From: a virus
Taxonomy: Duplodnaviria > Caudoviricetes
Virus record (IMG/VR): IMGVR_UViG_3300037483_000693
Span: 137-64,136 of that record
Length of the DNA stretch: 64,000 bases
Strand: one strand, 5' to 3'
The translations under genes and the position numbers were made by a program. The notes beneath the pieces are model-generated. The model was not told the DNA's origin and did no database searches. It saw only the letters and a list, made by a program, of their open reading frames with translations. Of this stretch, positions 32,267 to 42,166 are shown in pieces (the first letter of the stretch is position 1; the number at the start of each line of letters is the position of its first letter).

Positions 32267-34999
32267 TCACATTCCGTAGTAGCAGCGGTCGAACAGATAG
32301 ACGGACTCCCCGCCGGCCAACGCCTTGACGACGCCGTTGACCGAGCGGGTGACGGTCAGGGCCTGCGGCCAGGAAGCGCCGGCCACTGCGGTCACCCTGA
32401 CCCGTTCCCCGGAGCCGACCATCAGGTCGTAGTCGCCGTCACCGTGCCCGAACAGTGGGCCGCTGCCGGCCACGGTCAGGGCCGTGGCGGTGCTGGTGTG
32501 GGCGCCGGACACAGTCGCGCCGTCCGGCGCCCGCCGCGACCCAGTGCCCGCCCGGGCGACGTTCCACGGCTGGGCGGGACGGCACGCGAAGTCCAGGACC
32601 CGCCGGAACGGGGTGATCGTCTCCCGGATCCCGGTCACGACCTGCGGCATGTCGTCCGGCGCGGACTGGCTGGCCATCCCGGTGACGTCCACCCGGTCGC
32701 CGATCTCAACGCCCGCAACCGCCTTCCGTCGCGCGGCGTCGGCCACCAGCTGGGGGCGGGTCAGCTCGACACCCAGGTCCGGTACCCGCGGCAGGTCGGT
32801 CGTGCCGAGATGCACCCGCCACGCTGCCGCGTCCGGGAGCTGGCCGTCATCATGCAGACCGAGGGTGACCGTCGCCTCGTACAGCCCTGCACCTGCGGGT
32901 GGGGCCTGCGTCGACAGTGGGCCGACCGTCAGGGCGTACCGGTAGGACGAGCCGCCCAGGCGGGTCACGGTCAGGTCGTTGACGAGCTGCTGGTCGTCAT
33001 CGGTGATGGCCAGCGCGGACAGGTCACCCCCCGTCCGGGACAGGGTGACCGCCGGGGCCTGGGAGTCCATCGACGCCCTCGCCCGGTACAGGATCCCGAG
33101 CCGGTCGCGGCAGCCGGCCAGGATCCCCCCGTCCGCGGTCTCACACTCGTGGAGCAGGTCGAGCAGCGGCCGGCTCCGCTGCGGGCCCATCGCCACCGAC
33201 TGCGGGCCGCCGCCGAGGACGACCACAGCCAGCGACTCCTCCCCCGCGAGGCGGGCGACGCGATCCGCAGCGGTCTCCCCGTCGTAGGCGGCGAGCTGGC
33301 CGGCCAGGTCGTAGACGCTGGTGGCCACCGACTGGACGGTGACCTGGCCGAGGGTGACACCACCCAGCCCGGCGTCCGGGGCGATGGCCAGCCACGTGGC
33401 GCGCCCGACGGTCCCGGCGGCCAGGTTCCCGGCGACGGTCATGCCGGACGCCGCGCCCGGCGCCAGGGTCGTGACGTTCCAGTCGATCCCCGCACCGTTC
33501 TGGGTCATGCCGAGCTGGACGCGGACCGGGGCGCCGTTCAACGCGAACCCGAGGACGCCGGAGGACACGACGGCGGCGCCACCGGTGTCGTAGGCGGTCA
33601 GCGACAGCGTCCCCGTCGTGGCCAGCGACAGCTCCCAGCGGGGGACGGTGCCCGTCGTCAGGACGGTCCACATGCGCGTGCCGGCCGCGACTCCACCGGT
33701 CGGGACTGCGACCAGGGCCCGGACCTGGACCTGGTTGGTGGAGGCATAGGCGGGGACCGGGCCTGCGGCCGACGCGCCGGCCGCCCACACCGGCAACGCG
33801 TCCGAGCAGGGAAACGAGTCCGGGTCGGAGGCCAGCGCCGGGCCGCCGTTGACCCGCATCCCGGGCCCGCCGGGCAGACCGGACGCCAGGGTCGTGCTGC
33901 CCGACGCGTCTTCCATCGGCCAGTACGCCCGCAGGCCGGTCACCGCGGCGACAGTGGAGGCGCACCCCCGGTAGTACGTGGACCGCAGCGCCTTCTGGCC
34001 CTTGCCCAGCCTGCGGAACGGGTCAGCGGAGGTGACCGCGGCCGTGCAGTCCATCCCGGACGTGTCCCAGGCGACGGGCCACTCGCTGACCTCACCGTGG
34101 TGCCGGTAGTCGCGGCCGACGACCTCGGCGCCGGCGTTGACCGTCCAGGTCTCTCCCGCACCGCCGGTGAACGAGGTGTCGCCGTCGGCCTGCGCCCGGA
34201 AGTCCACGTCGGCGACCACGGTCCCGCCGATCCCGGAGTACAGGCGTGCACTGTAGACACGGCCGGAGAAGAAGCTCGTGGAGTCTGCGGCGCAGCCGCA
34301 CCGCAGCGCGGCCGTGCCGTCGAACAGGACGACGGTGGCGCCGCCGGCCACGTCAGTGCCGAGCTGCGTCCACGTCCCGTCCACACCCTCATCGGGCGAC
34401 GTGAAGAACCGGTACTGCCTCACGCCACCGAAGTCCGCGTCGTAGGTGACCCTGACCGACAGGCGGCCAGTGTGCTGCGGGACCACCGCATTCGCGGTCC
34501 CGGCGACCTCGGCCGCTCCGTCCACGGACCAGACGAACCGAAGCCGGCCGTCGCTGGTGACACTGAAGTTGTAGGACCTCTGCCCTGCGACCTCGTCCCA
34601 CTTGTGGACCAGGTCCTGCTCCCGCCTCCACGAGTCGAGGTGGACGTCGGCCCGGATCTCCATGTCCCCGGTGATCGACAGTGCGGCACTGTCCGGGACG
34701 CTGGCGCCGGCATTGACCTGCGGCAGGACCAGCAGGTGCGACTCGAGGGCGTCGACGGACATCCGGTGCGGGGTGTTCCGGCCCAGGAACCCGTGCCAGG
34801 CCCCGGAAGGGTTGCGGGGCGTGTAGTCCCCGACCCGGTTGTCGACCACGAGTGTGCACTGCCCGGGTGACGCCGTCCCGCCGAGCGCCTCCCCGGATAG
34901 GCCCCTACTGCACGTCGTGTCCGCGGACTGCCGCACGTCGGGTGTGATGTCACGCCAGGCGCCGTCGAGGTACAGCTCGTGTTTCAGGCCGGTGGTCAT
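32267..34999 (-). CDS. Large minor tail/baseplate protein with a LamG/ConA-like domain
   Basis: ELYLDGAWRDIT N-terminus, AYWPMEDASG, position after the tape measure gene. Confidence 0.75.
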   Translation of the reverse strand: MTTGLKHELYLDGAWRDITPDVRQSADTTCSRGLSGEALGGTASPGQCTLVVDNRVGDYTPRNPSGAWHGFLGRNTPHRMSVDALESHLLVLPQVNAGASVPDSAALSITGDMEIRADVHLDSWRREQDLVHKWDEVAGQRSYNFSVTSDGRLRFVWSVDGAAEVAGTANAVVPQHTGRLSVRVTYDADFGGVRQYRFFTSPDEGVDGTWTQLGTDVAGGATVVLFDGTAALRCGCAADSTSFFSGRVYSARLYSGIGGTVVADVDFRAQADGDTSFTGGAGETWTVNAGAEVVGRDYRHHGEVSEWPVAWDTSGMDCTAAVTSADPFRRLGKGQKALRSTYYRGCASTVAAVTGLRAYWPMEDASGSTTLASGLPGGPGMRVNGGPALASDPDSFPCSDALPVWAAGASAAGPVPAYASTNQVQVRALVAVPTGGVAAGTRMWTVLTTGTVPRWELSLATTGTLSLTAYDTGGAAVVSSGVLGFALNGAPVRVQLGMTQNGAGIDWNVTTLAPGAASGMTVAGNLAAGTVGRATWLAIAPDAGLGGVTLGQVTVQSVATSVYDLAGQLAAYDGETAADRVARLAGEESLAVVVLGGGPQSVAMGPQRSRPLLDLLHECETADGGILAGCRDRLGILYRARASMDSQAPAVTLSRTGGDLSALAITDDDQQLVNDLTVTRLGGSSYRYALTVGPLSTQAPPAGAGLYEATVTLGLHDDGQLPDAAAWRVHLGTTDLPRVPDLGVELTRPQLVADAARRKAVAGVEIGDRVDVTGMASQSAPDDMPQVVTGIRETITPFRRVLDFACRPAQPWNVARAGTGSRRAPDGATVSGAHTSTATALTVAGSGPLFGHGDGDYDLMVGSGERVRVTAVAGASWPQALTVTRSVNGVVKALAGGESVYLFDRCYYGM

Positions 35000-36885
35000 G
35001 CGACTGCCGCGCGGATCGCGGCCTGCACGCCGGGGTCGACCCGCAGGACCCGGCGCAGGAACTCGGCGAACTCGCGGTCGGCGCCGGTCACGGCCAGCTC
35101 GACCCGAGCCACGCCCCCGCCCCTGCCGGTGGACGCCCCGGCGAGCATCCGTTCACTGTCCGGGTTCGACCAGACCCGCGACCCAGGCGGAAGGGCCATC
35201 GCCCCGGCACCGCCAGGGACCTCGATCAGCTCCCGGCCCTGCTCGGCGACCTCGGTCAGCCCACCCCGGATCCCCCCGTCCGCCGCATGACCGACCGGGC
35301 CGCCGACGATCCCGCCCGCCGCCCGGGCGGCCCGCGGGACCTGCTGGCTGAACGTCGACCGCCGAGCCGCCCGGTACTGCTCCGTGATCACCACGGTCGT
35401 GTCAACCCGCCGCGGGATCCCCAGCACCGCCCTCGCGTAGGCCTCAGCCTGCGCCCGGGTCATCCCGAACCGGCGGCCCGTCGCCGTCAGCTGGCCCTGA
35501 GCCTGCGCGAGGATCCTGTTCTGCGCCGCCGTTGACCCGCCCGCCTTCTGCACCGACTCCCGCCACCGCATCGCCGACGAGGCGATGTCGTCCAACGCGG
35601 CCTGGTTGTCCCGGCCCTTCGCGGTGTGAACGTTCAGGGTCCGCCCGTTCTCCTTCAACGCCTCGGACGCCGCGTCGACCGCCGCCTCGTAGCCGCGGAC
35701 GTCCGCCCGCTGCTGCAGCATCTCGCTCGCCAACGCCTGCAACGACTTCTTGACCTGCTGGGTCGAGGAGTCCAGACCCTTGAACTCGCCGGTGAGTTTG
35801 CCGGTGGACGCTGCCATCCCGTCGGTGACGTCAACCCCGTCGGTCAGGGCCCGGCCCATCAGGTCGAGTCCCTCGGCCAGGTCGCCGTGCAGGATGTCGA
35901 CCGTCCCGGCGCCGGCAAGGGATAGCCGCCTGAACGCCTCGACCAGCCCCATGATGACGACCAGCAGGTCCTCGATCGCCTGCCCCGCCTCGGGCGCGAT
36001 GTCCGCAAATGTGGCGAACAGATTCCCGAGTTCCGCGCCCAGCATCGGCAGGTTCTCGGCGACGGCGTCGATGACCGGCCCCGACTTCTCCAGCATCGCC
36101 ACGAACCCCGGCAGGGCGTTATGGGCGGTTTCGGCCAGGGCCCGTGCGAGAGGCGCGACCGCGCCCGCGACCGCGTCGAACGCCGCCCGGATCTGAGGCA
36201 GGTCCCGGACGAACCCGGCCTTCAGGATGTTCATCCCGGCGGCGAGCGGCCCGGCCATCCCGGCCGACGCCCGCCTGAGACCGTTGACAAAGACCCTGCC
36301 CAGCGACGCGCCTGCGTCCGCGACGACCGGGTTGTCCTTCTGCAGGTAGCCGCCGAGGCCGGCCATCCCGGCGACCCCACCGGCTGTGATCGCGCCGGCG
36401 ACGGCGGCGGTCAGCGGCCCGGCGAGCACCGCGCCGGTGATGATCAGGCCGGGCATCAGCCCCGCCTTGAAGTTGCGGGAGAAGCTCGCGGACGACTCCA
36501 TCCCGGACTTGGCGGCGTCCTCGCCGAGCTGGTGCAGCCCGCCGTCCGCGCCCGTCTTGTCGACCTCGACGCGGAGCCGGACAACCTCACCGTCCAGGTC
36601 TTTCGCCTGGGCGTGCATCACTTTCAGCTTCGCCTCGCCGGCGGCGATGTCGGCGTCGACCTTGACCTTGACGTCGCCGGTCGCGGTCTTCGCCTGCTCG
36701 CGGAGCCTGGCCAGCTTCTGCTCGGCGGCGACGACATCGGCGTCGATCTTCAGTTTCTTCGCGTTCAGCTCGTCGATCGTCCGCGCCAGGTCGGCCTTGA
36801 ACTTCTTCGCCTTCGCGTCCGCGGACGCGAAGGCCGTGGCGGAGTCGTCGCGGCCTCTGACGACGATCTCGATGTCGTTGCTCAC
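34996..36885 (-). CDS. Tape measure protein (629 aa)
   Basis: Ala/Gly-rich helical sequence; follows the tail assembly chaperones; C-terminal GGIVGG...EQGRELI motif. Confidence 0.8.
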   Translation of the reverse strand: MSNDIEIVVRGRDDSATAFASADAKAKKFKADLARTIDELNAKKLKIDADVVAAEQKLARLREQAKTATGDVKVKVDADIAAGEAKLKVMHAQAKDLDGEVVRLRVEVDKTGADGGLHQLGEDAAKSGMESSASFSRNFKAGLMPGLIITGAVLAGPLTAAVAGAITAGGVAGMAGLGGYLQKDNPVVADAGASLGRVFVNGLRRASAGMAGPLAAGMNILKAGFVRDLPQIRAAFDAVAGAVAPLARALAETAHNALPGFVAMLEKSGPVIDAVAENLPMLGAELGNLFATFADIAPEAGQAIEDLLVVIMGLVEAFRRLSLAGAGTVDILHGDLAEGLDLMGRALTDGVDVTDGMAASTGKLTGEFKGLDSSTQQVKKSLQALASEMLQQRADVRGYEAAVDAASEALKENGRTLNVHTAKGRDNQAALDDIASSAMRWRESVQKAGGSTAAQNRILAQAQGQLTATGRRFGMTRAQAEAYARAVLGIPRRVDTTVVITEQYRAARRSTFSQQVPRAARAAGGIVGGPVGHAADGGIRGGLTEVAEQGRELIEVPGGAGAMALPPGSRVWSNPDSERMLAGASTGRGGGVARVELAVTGADREFAEFLRRVLRVDPGVQAAIRAAVA

Positions 36886-37109
36886 TCTGCGGTGTCACCT
36901 CCTTCCCGGTGGCCTCGATGCTCGATCCGCAGCAGCCGGATCAGGGATGCGTCCTCGGCCAAGACAGCGGACGGCAGTGCGTGGAAACGCTGGCAGAGGG
37001 CGAGGACCGTCTCGGTGCGGGTCAGCTCGACTGGTTTCCGGACAACGCTTCCATCGGGAGTGACGCCTCCGGGGCAGGCGGCCCAGAGGTCGAGCTGCCG
37101 CCCAAAGGG
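36882..37109 (-). CDS. Tail assembly chaperone GT extension (reached by -1 frameshift)
   Basis: Frame entered after a -1 slip at CCCTTTG; ALCQRFHALPSAVLAEDASLIRLL. Confidence 0.65.
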   Translation of the reverse strand, partial: PFGRQLDLWAACPGGVTPDGSVVRKPVELTRTETVLALCQRFHALPSAVLAEDASLIRLLRIEHRGHREGGDTAE

Positions 37110-37447
37110 GCCGGGACGCCCGCGGCGGCGGTCATCCATTCGCGTGCGACCCGGGTCAGGACGGCGATGGTGAGCCGGCCGACCGCGTGCCGGGATGGTG
37201 GGATCGGCTCCCCGGCCTCGGTCTGCAAGTTCCAGGACAGGATGCCGGCGGCGAGGACGTCCACGACCGGTGCGACCTGCCGGATCTGGTCGACCTCGCT
37301 GACGGCGTCCTCGACCTCGGCGACGGCCTGGGCGAGGGCCAGGAGGTCGTCCACGGACAGTGCCCGCAGCCGGACCTCGAACCCGGCCAGATCGGTGTCC
37401 TGGTCGAAGATCAGCCGGTAGGTGTTGGCGGGCATCACGAAACCCAT
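37022..37447 (-). CDS. Tail assembly chaperone G
   Basis: Between tail tube and tape measure genes; LSWNL motif; slippery site near the 3' end. Confidence 0.75.
   Translation of the reverse strand: MGFVMPANTYRLIFDQDTDLAGFEVRLRALSVDDLLALAQAVAEVEDAVSEVDQIRQVAPVVDVLAAGILSWNLQTEAGEPIPPSRHAVGRLTIAVLTRVAREWMTAAAGVPAPLGGSSTSGPPAPEASLPMEALSGNQSS
37103..37109 (-). other. -1 programmed ribosomal frameshift heptamer C CCT TTG
   Basis: X XXY YYZ pattern in the correct frame; the slip links 37022-37447 to the 36882 frame. Confidence 0.7.
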
Positions 37448-37454
37448 GGTCAGA

Positions 37455-37859
37455 TCAGCTCCAGGTGGGCGGGGTGCCGTTGGCCAGGACGCCGGGGACC
37501 GCGAATGTGAGCTCGCCGGACGCCGACCGGGTCAGGGGGTAGTCGGTGAGGAGCTGCTCGGCGGTCATCGTCTTCGACGCGATCGTCCAGATGCACGTCC
37601 GCGAAACGGACGTGGTGGGGATCGTGGAGAACACCAGGTGGGACCCGGCTGCGTTGAAGACGCCGTTCAGCGTCGAGGAGAAGTCGGCCAGGAGTAGGAG
37701 CCGCTCCATCGCGGCCTTGTCGAGGCCCGTGACGTCCTGCACCCCGCGGGGGGTGGCGAACTGGAAGTTGGTGATGTCGTTGCGGACGTCGGTGGCGGAC
37801 GTGCCCGTCGAATCATCGACTGTCAGCGTCGTCCACGAAAGTCCGGACTGTTTGCTAAT
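37455..37859 (-). CDS. Tail tube (major tail) protein, apparently starting at ATT
   Basis: GAGAGGG SD, 9 nt, then ATT AGC AAA CAG TCC GGA (xSKQSGL); an in-frame TGA 3 codons upstream excludes a canonical start; continues QDVTGLDKAAMERLLLLADF. Confidence 0.65.
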   Translation of the reverse strand: MSKQSGLSWTTLTVDDSTGTSATDVRNDITNFQFATPRGVQDVTGLDKAAMERLLLLADFSSTLNGVFNAAGSHLVFSTIPTTSVSRTCIWTIASKTMTAEQLLTDYPLTRSASGELTFAVPGVLANGTPPTWS

Positions 37860-37865
37860 GGCTGG

Positions 37866-38318
37866 TCACCCTCTCTGGATCTGGTCGGCGATGCGCTGCT
37901 GATGGGTCCCGAAGTCGTCGACCCAGTCGTCCGGGCGGGTGTGCTGGTAGACCTCACCGGTGGGGTTTCCGCGCCAGTCCCCGCCACGGCGCAGGAACAG
38001 CTCCTGCCGGTCCAGCAGCACCCGGTGGGTGGACGCCCGGAAGCACGGCTGCCCGGCCGGGAACACGAACCGCAGGAACCCGTCCTCGGTCCGCTCCTCG
38101 ACCACCCACCGCCGGCCAGAGGACCGGATCGTGCCCTCGTCGAGGGAGCCGGGCAGGATGGTGGTGGCCCAGCCGTGCTGGTGGTGCTCGCAACCGACCT
38201 CCGCGCAGGTCGCGGGCCGCCAGTGGGTGGCCAGCGGTGAGACGACCTGGTAGGTCTGCATCGCCGCCGCGGGCAGCAACGGCTGGATCCGTTGCCCTTC
38301 CGGGCTGGGCACGGTCAT
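37866..38318 (-). CDS. Conserved tail-region hypothetical protein
   Basis: TGATG coupling; ATCAEVGC, FVFPAGQPCF, WVDDF. Confidence 0.65.
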   Translation of the reverse strand: MTVPSPEGQRIQPLLPAAAMQTYQVVSPLATHWRPATCAEVGCEHHQHGWATTILPGSLDEGTIRSSGRRWVVEERTEDGFLRFVFPAGQPCFRASTHRVLLDRQELFLRRGGDWRGNPTGEVYQHTRPDDWVDDFGTHQQRIADQIQRG

Positions 38319-39061
38319 CAGAACGCCACCGCCGTCCGGCACCGGGAGAACATGACAGCGAACACCGCGCTGGTGAAGGCGCCGTTGGTGACGGCGCGGA
38401 CGTACCGGCGGACGGTGGCGTCCCGGGCGCCCTGCAGACGCTGCACGCCTGGCCCGGGTGCGGCTACGGCGGTGAACGTCCCGCCGGCCAGTGTCGCGAA
38501 CCCGGTCCCGGCGGACGCGGAGTCCTCCAGGGTCACGGTCACGGAGGTGCCGGCCACGGAGAACACCTGCACGTACGCCTGCCACCCGAACGCGGTGGTG
38601 ACGTCGGTGAGGTCCACTGAGGTGCCGGCCACTGCGGTGGTGTCGGTCCGCTGCCCTGCCGTCAGTAGCTGTCCCCAGTCCAGGCCGTACCCGTTGGCCA
38701 GCGCCTGGACGTCGAGGGTCAGGGACCCGTCGGTCGGTCTGGTCGGGTCGTAGCTGGCCTGCTTGGCGATCATCGCCGCGGCCGGGCTGCCGAGGAGCGT
38801 GCCCCGCGCGTACATCACGTGGACGTCGGTGGTCGGCAGCACCGACAGGACCGGGTGTGCCTGTGCGGCTGCCGGGTTGAAGTAGGCGGTCCAGTCGATG
38901 CCGCCGTCGCGTAGGCCGCCGATCCGCTCGTGGGCGGTCTTGTCGATGCCGGTGACGTCGAGCGTGGCGACCGACCCGGAGACCCGCTTCAGCTGCTGGG
39001 TGTCGCCGGACAGGTTAAACCCGGCCACGTACAGGTTGTCGCCCATTCCGCTGGATTTCAT
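38318..39061 (-). CDS. Tail-tube-like structural protein
   Basis: AGGAGG SD; KSSGMGDNL, DVTGIDK (similar to the 37455 gene), GLRDGGIDW. Confidence 0.65.
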   Translation of the reverse strand: MKSSGMGDNLYVAGFNLSGDTQQLKRVSGSVATLDVTGIDKTAHERIGGLRDGGIDWTAYFNPAAAQAHPVLSVLPTTDVHVMYARGTLLGSPAAAMIAKQASYDPTRPTDGSLTLDVQALANGYGLDWGQLLTAGQRTDTTAVAGTSVDLTDVTTAFGWQAYVQVFSVAGTSVTVTLEDSASAGTGFATLAGGTFTAVAAPGPGVQRLQGARDATVRRYVRAVTNGAFTSAVFAVMFSRCRTAVAF

Positions 39062-39073
39062 AGGAACCGCCTC

Positions 39074-39535
39074 CTATCTGGCCTGGGGCCATAGGTCGTC
39101 GACGATCAGCGGGATCGTCACGTCGATCACCCGGTAGACGGCGGCGTCCTGGGTCAGGTAGCCGGGCTTGGCGGCGATGGGTGGGCCGTGGGCGCCGAAC
39201 ACGTCGACCTCCACGCTCGCGCCGAGGTCCAGGTCGCCGATCAGGGAGCCGATCAGGGCGGACGCGGCGGCGAGGATCTCCGGATCCACCCGGTCCCCGT
39301 CGACAACCGCCGGCAGGGGCCGGAAGACCCGGGCCAGGAACGCCAGCCGCGCGGACGTCGTCGCGAGGCCGGACCGGCGCGGCAGCGGCCGCAGGTCGTC
39401 GACCCAGACCGCGCAGGACAGGCCCCGGCCGGGCGCGTTCGACGGTTCGTGCCCGGCGACCCGATCGAACAGACCCAGGGTGGCGGCGTGGTCGATGACC
39501 GCGGCGTGCAGCCCGGCAGCATCGAGGGCGGTCAT
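39074..39535 (-). CDS. Tail terminator/completion protein
   Basis: Position and size; DDLWPQ C-terminus. Confidence 0.6.
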   Translation of the reverse strand: MTALDAAGLHAAVIDHAATLGLFDRVAGHEPSNAPGRGLSCAVWVDDLRPLPRRSGLATTSARLAFLARVFRPLPAVVDGDRVDPEILAAASALIGSLIGDLDLGASVEVDVFGAHGPPIAAKPGYLTQDAAVYRVIDVTIPLIVDDLWPQAR

Positions 39536-39915
39536 CGGATGGCCGCCAGGTGCCGGGCCACGACCGGCGCGGCGAGCGCCGGGATCTGCTCGACGACAGC
39601 GGCGGTGGCGTCGCGGGCGGAGTGGTAGCCCTTGAACCGGGTCGTCTGGTTGCGCCGGCTGGTGCCCTCCAGCCACGGCCCGTAGACGATGCCCCGGTCG
39701 GTGACGACCTCAGCCAGGCCCCTGCTGGTGCGCAGCAGTTGCGTCTCGTAGTACGGGGTCGGGTATTGGATGTTGGCGTCCAGGAGACGGTGCCATTCGG
39801 CGGACGCCTGGTCGACCACCACGCTGGCGACGTCGGCGGCGAGGTCGGCGAGCTCGGCGGCGGCGCGGCCGTCGAACATCGGCCCCCGCAGGGTCACCTC
39901 CAGGTCGATGTTCAT
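39532..39915 (-). CDS. HK97 gp10-like neck protein
   Basis: IVYGPWLEG motif; position. Confidence 0.6.
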   Translation of the reverse strand: MNIDLEVTLRGPMFDGRAAAELADLAADVASVVVDQASAEWHRLLDANIQYPTPYYETQLLRTSRGLAEVVTDRGIVYGPWLEGTSRRNQTTRFKGYHSARDATAAVVEQIPALAAPVVARHLAAIR

Positions 39916-40976
39916 ATGGACCGCACCCGCGCCTTCCGGCCGTGGGCGGCGTACACGCGGTCCCGCAGGTCGGACAGGGCCCGGCCGGGTGCCGGCCGGG
40001 TGTTGTCTCCCGAGCCGACGGTCCGGGCGTACCCGGATGCCTGCTGTTCCAGCGCATCCAACGCGTGGGCGATCACGTACTGGTTGACCAGTCCGGGTGG
40101 CAGATGCCGGGTCAGGGCGGCGCCGGAGGTGTGGGTCGCGGCGGTCGTGCCCGCAGCGGCGCGTTCGACGGTCAGGGTCCGCGGCGCCCAGATCGGTGTG
40201 GCCGCCGCGTGGGCGGCGACCGTCGTTCCGTCCCAGCCGCGGCGCACCACCAGCGTCGTGGCGGCCACGTCGTCCACGTACAGCCGTTCGCTGTCGATCA
40301 GGAGCGTCTCCCCCACGAACCAGGTCCCGGCCGACACGGTCAGGGCCTGCCCGGCAGTTGAGGCAGCGAGCCCGGCGCCGGCGACGGTCCGGGTGGTGTC
40401 GGCCATCGTCTTGCCGGTCACGTGCATCCGCTCGGTGCCGGCCAGGACCAGGTCCCCGACCCCGATACTGCCGGAGTCGGTCACGTCCACGGCGGTCTCA
40501 GCGGCGTCGAGGTCCTCCGCGAGCTGGCCGGCCGCAGCAGTGTCGAGGCTGTACGCCCAGACGCCGGTAGCGGTGATCGCCCGCTGCCATGTCGGCCCAG
40601 ACCCGAGCGCATAGGCGGTGGATGTGTCGATCTCCAGGCGGGTGTACGGGGGGCCCTCATCCGGGCGTAGGAGCGCCGCGGTGGTGGGGATCGCCGCACC
40701 GCCCGAGACCAGGCCGGTGAGGGTCGCAAGGTCGGGCATCGGCGGGTCCCCGACACCCTCGGACAGCCAGATCAGCCACGGCGTGGCCTGGGTGGGGTGC
40801 GGCCAGTCGAACGTCCTGGATCCGGTCTGGGGCCAGAAGATGCGGTGGCACAGCCGGTCCACGTCCCGGGAGCCGGCGGCGATGGCGTCGTCGATGCGGC
40901 GGTTCGCCCGCGCGGTGTCTTTCAGGTCGAGGGCGTCCTTGACCTGCTCGCGGGTCGCGTACACCGGCAGGCTCAT
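39912..40976 (-). CDS. Head-tail adaptor protein (extended)
   Basis: YATREQVKDAL...IDDAIAAGSRDVDRLCHRIF; ATGVWAY. Confidence 0.7.
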   Translation of the reverse strand: MSLPVYATREQVKDALDLKDTARANRRIDDAIAAGSRDVDRLCHRIFWPQTGSRTFDWPHPTQATPWLIWLSEGVGDPPMPDLATLTGLVSGGAAIPTTAALLRPDEGPPYTRLEIDTSTAYALGSGPTWQRAITATGVWAYSLDTAAAGQLAEDLDAAETAVDVTDSGSIGVGDLVLAGTERMHVTGKTMADTTRTVAGAGLAASTAGQALTVSAGTWFVGETLLIDSERLYVDDVAATTLVVRRGWDGTTVAAHAAATPIWAPRTLTVERAAAGTTAATHTSGAALTRHLPPGLVNQYVIAHALDALEQQASGYARTVGSGDNTRPAPGRALSDLRDRVYAAHGRKARVRSI

Positions 40977-41031
40977 CGCCGGTCACCTCCTCTCACGGCT
41001 CGGGCTGGCTGGGGTCAGGTGGCAGGCAGGG

Positions 41032-41196
41032 TCAGGGTTCGTTGCCGCAGAACGGGCACCGCAGGGCCCCGCCCTTGCCGGCGACCAGGAGGGTGCCGTC
41101 GTCAGGGCAGGACACGGGCCGCCGGCGGCTGCCGGCTTCGCCTTCCTGTCGGGCCTCCTTGAGGATCGACAGGAGTCCGTCCCAGCTGCCGGCCAC
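41032..41196 (-). CDS. 54-aa Zn-ribbon protein
   Basis: WDGLLSILKEA...CPDDG...CPFC. Confidence 0.55.
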   Translation of the reverse strand: MAGSWDGLLSILKEARQEGEAGSRRRPVSCPDDGTLLVAGKGGALRCPFCGNEP

Positions 41197-41201
41197 GACG
41201 G

Positions 41202-41600
41202 TCAGAAGGGTTTCGGCGTGGTCGATCGGCGGCGGGTTCGGGCCGGGACGGCGAGCTTCGCCTCCGGCTCAGGACCGGGGTTGTCCTCGGGCTCCGGGGC
41301 CGGGGCCGGCTCGGGGTCGGGGCTGACGGTGGAGGTCGCGGCGTCCGTGCCGTCCGCCTGGTCGCTCACCTCGGCCTCCACCGCGGCGGACGCGGCCGGG
41401 GCAGGCTCCGGCACCGGGATGACCTCCACCGGGTCGGGTGCGGCGGTGGCGTCCTCGGCGGACTCGTTGCTGGCCCCACCATGCGCTGTGATCTTCGGCA
41501 TCCCTTGGCCCTCCTCGAAACGTCGCCTCCGGTGACAGTGCGGGCACCGCGGAAGCCCGACCGCGAACTTGGTCCCGCACGCTATGCAGGTCCACAACAT
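41202..41600 (-). CDS. Small Zn-ribbon plus Pro/Ala-rich protein
   Basis: WTCIACGTKFAVGLPRCPHC; MPKITAHGGAS. Confidence 0.6.
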   Translation of the reverse strand: MLWTCIACGTKFAVGLPRCPHCHRRRRFEEGQGMPKITAHGGASNESAEDATAAPDPVEVIPVPEPAPAASAAVEAEVSDQADGTDAATSTVSPDPEPAPAPEPEDNPGPEPEAKLAVPARTRRRSTTPKPF

Positions 41601-41703
41601 CCCGGCGGTCCCCCCTCCCTCTCCCCTGTCGATTGCTGATGGCTGGCCTCCACGATCCGGGCCCGGTCACCCAGGCGCCGGGACCGTGGAGGTGACCCCC
41701 GGG

Positions 41704-42165
41704 TCAGGCCGAGGCCGTGACCGTGGCGCCTGTCGTCAGCGCCACATACGTGCAGTACCACTGGATCGCGCCGTCAGCGGTGGCCTCAGTGGCCACCGAC
41801 TCGACCTCACCGATCGTGGCCACGAAGCTGAGCGGCTGCCCGGACCCCTTGACCAGGGCCGGCGCGGCAGCGGTCGCGGCCTGCCCGCAGATGACCGTCC
41901 CGGCCGCCGTGTTCGTGGTCCCGAGGTCGACCGCGGTCCCGATCACGACCGTGTCACCGGTGGTCGGGTCGGTCTGGACGTTGATCGTGTTCGCGCCGGC
42001 CATCTCGACCGTGCACACGCCCCACATCGCGGTGATGAGGACCTGCCCGCCGGCGACGGTGAACACCTGGTGGGTGGCTGCGCCGGAGATCGTCTGGAGC
42101 TTCCCGACGACCCGCTCGCCGAGGACGACCTTGCGGATGGATGTCTGGTCAACCATTGTCGTCAT
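41704..42165 (-). CDS. Head-associated structural protein
   Basis: Beta-rich; downstream of capsid genes. Confidence 0.55.
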   Translation of the reverse strand: MTTMVDQTSIRKVVLGERVVGKLQTISGAATHQVFTVAGGQVLITAMWGVCTVEMAGANTINVQTDPTTGDTVVIGTAVDLGTTNTAAGTVICGQAATAAAPALVKGSGQPLSFVATIGEVESVATEATADGAIQWYCTYVALTTGATVTASA

Positions 42166-42166
42166 G

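Noticed and set aside
31466-34870. Very long + strand ORFs (also 1170-3431, 45984-47948, 57101-59275 and similar)
   Set aside because: Arg/Pro/Gly-rich translations antisense or out of frame to well-supported genes, as expected from GC3 bias.
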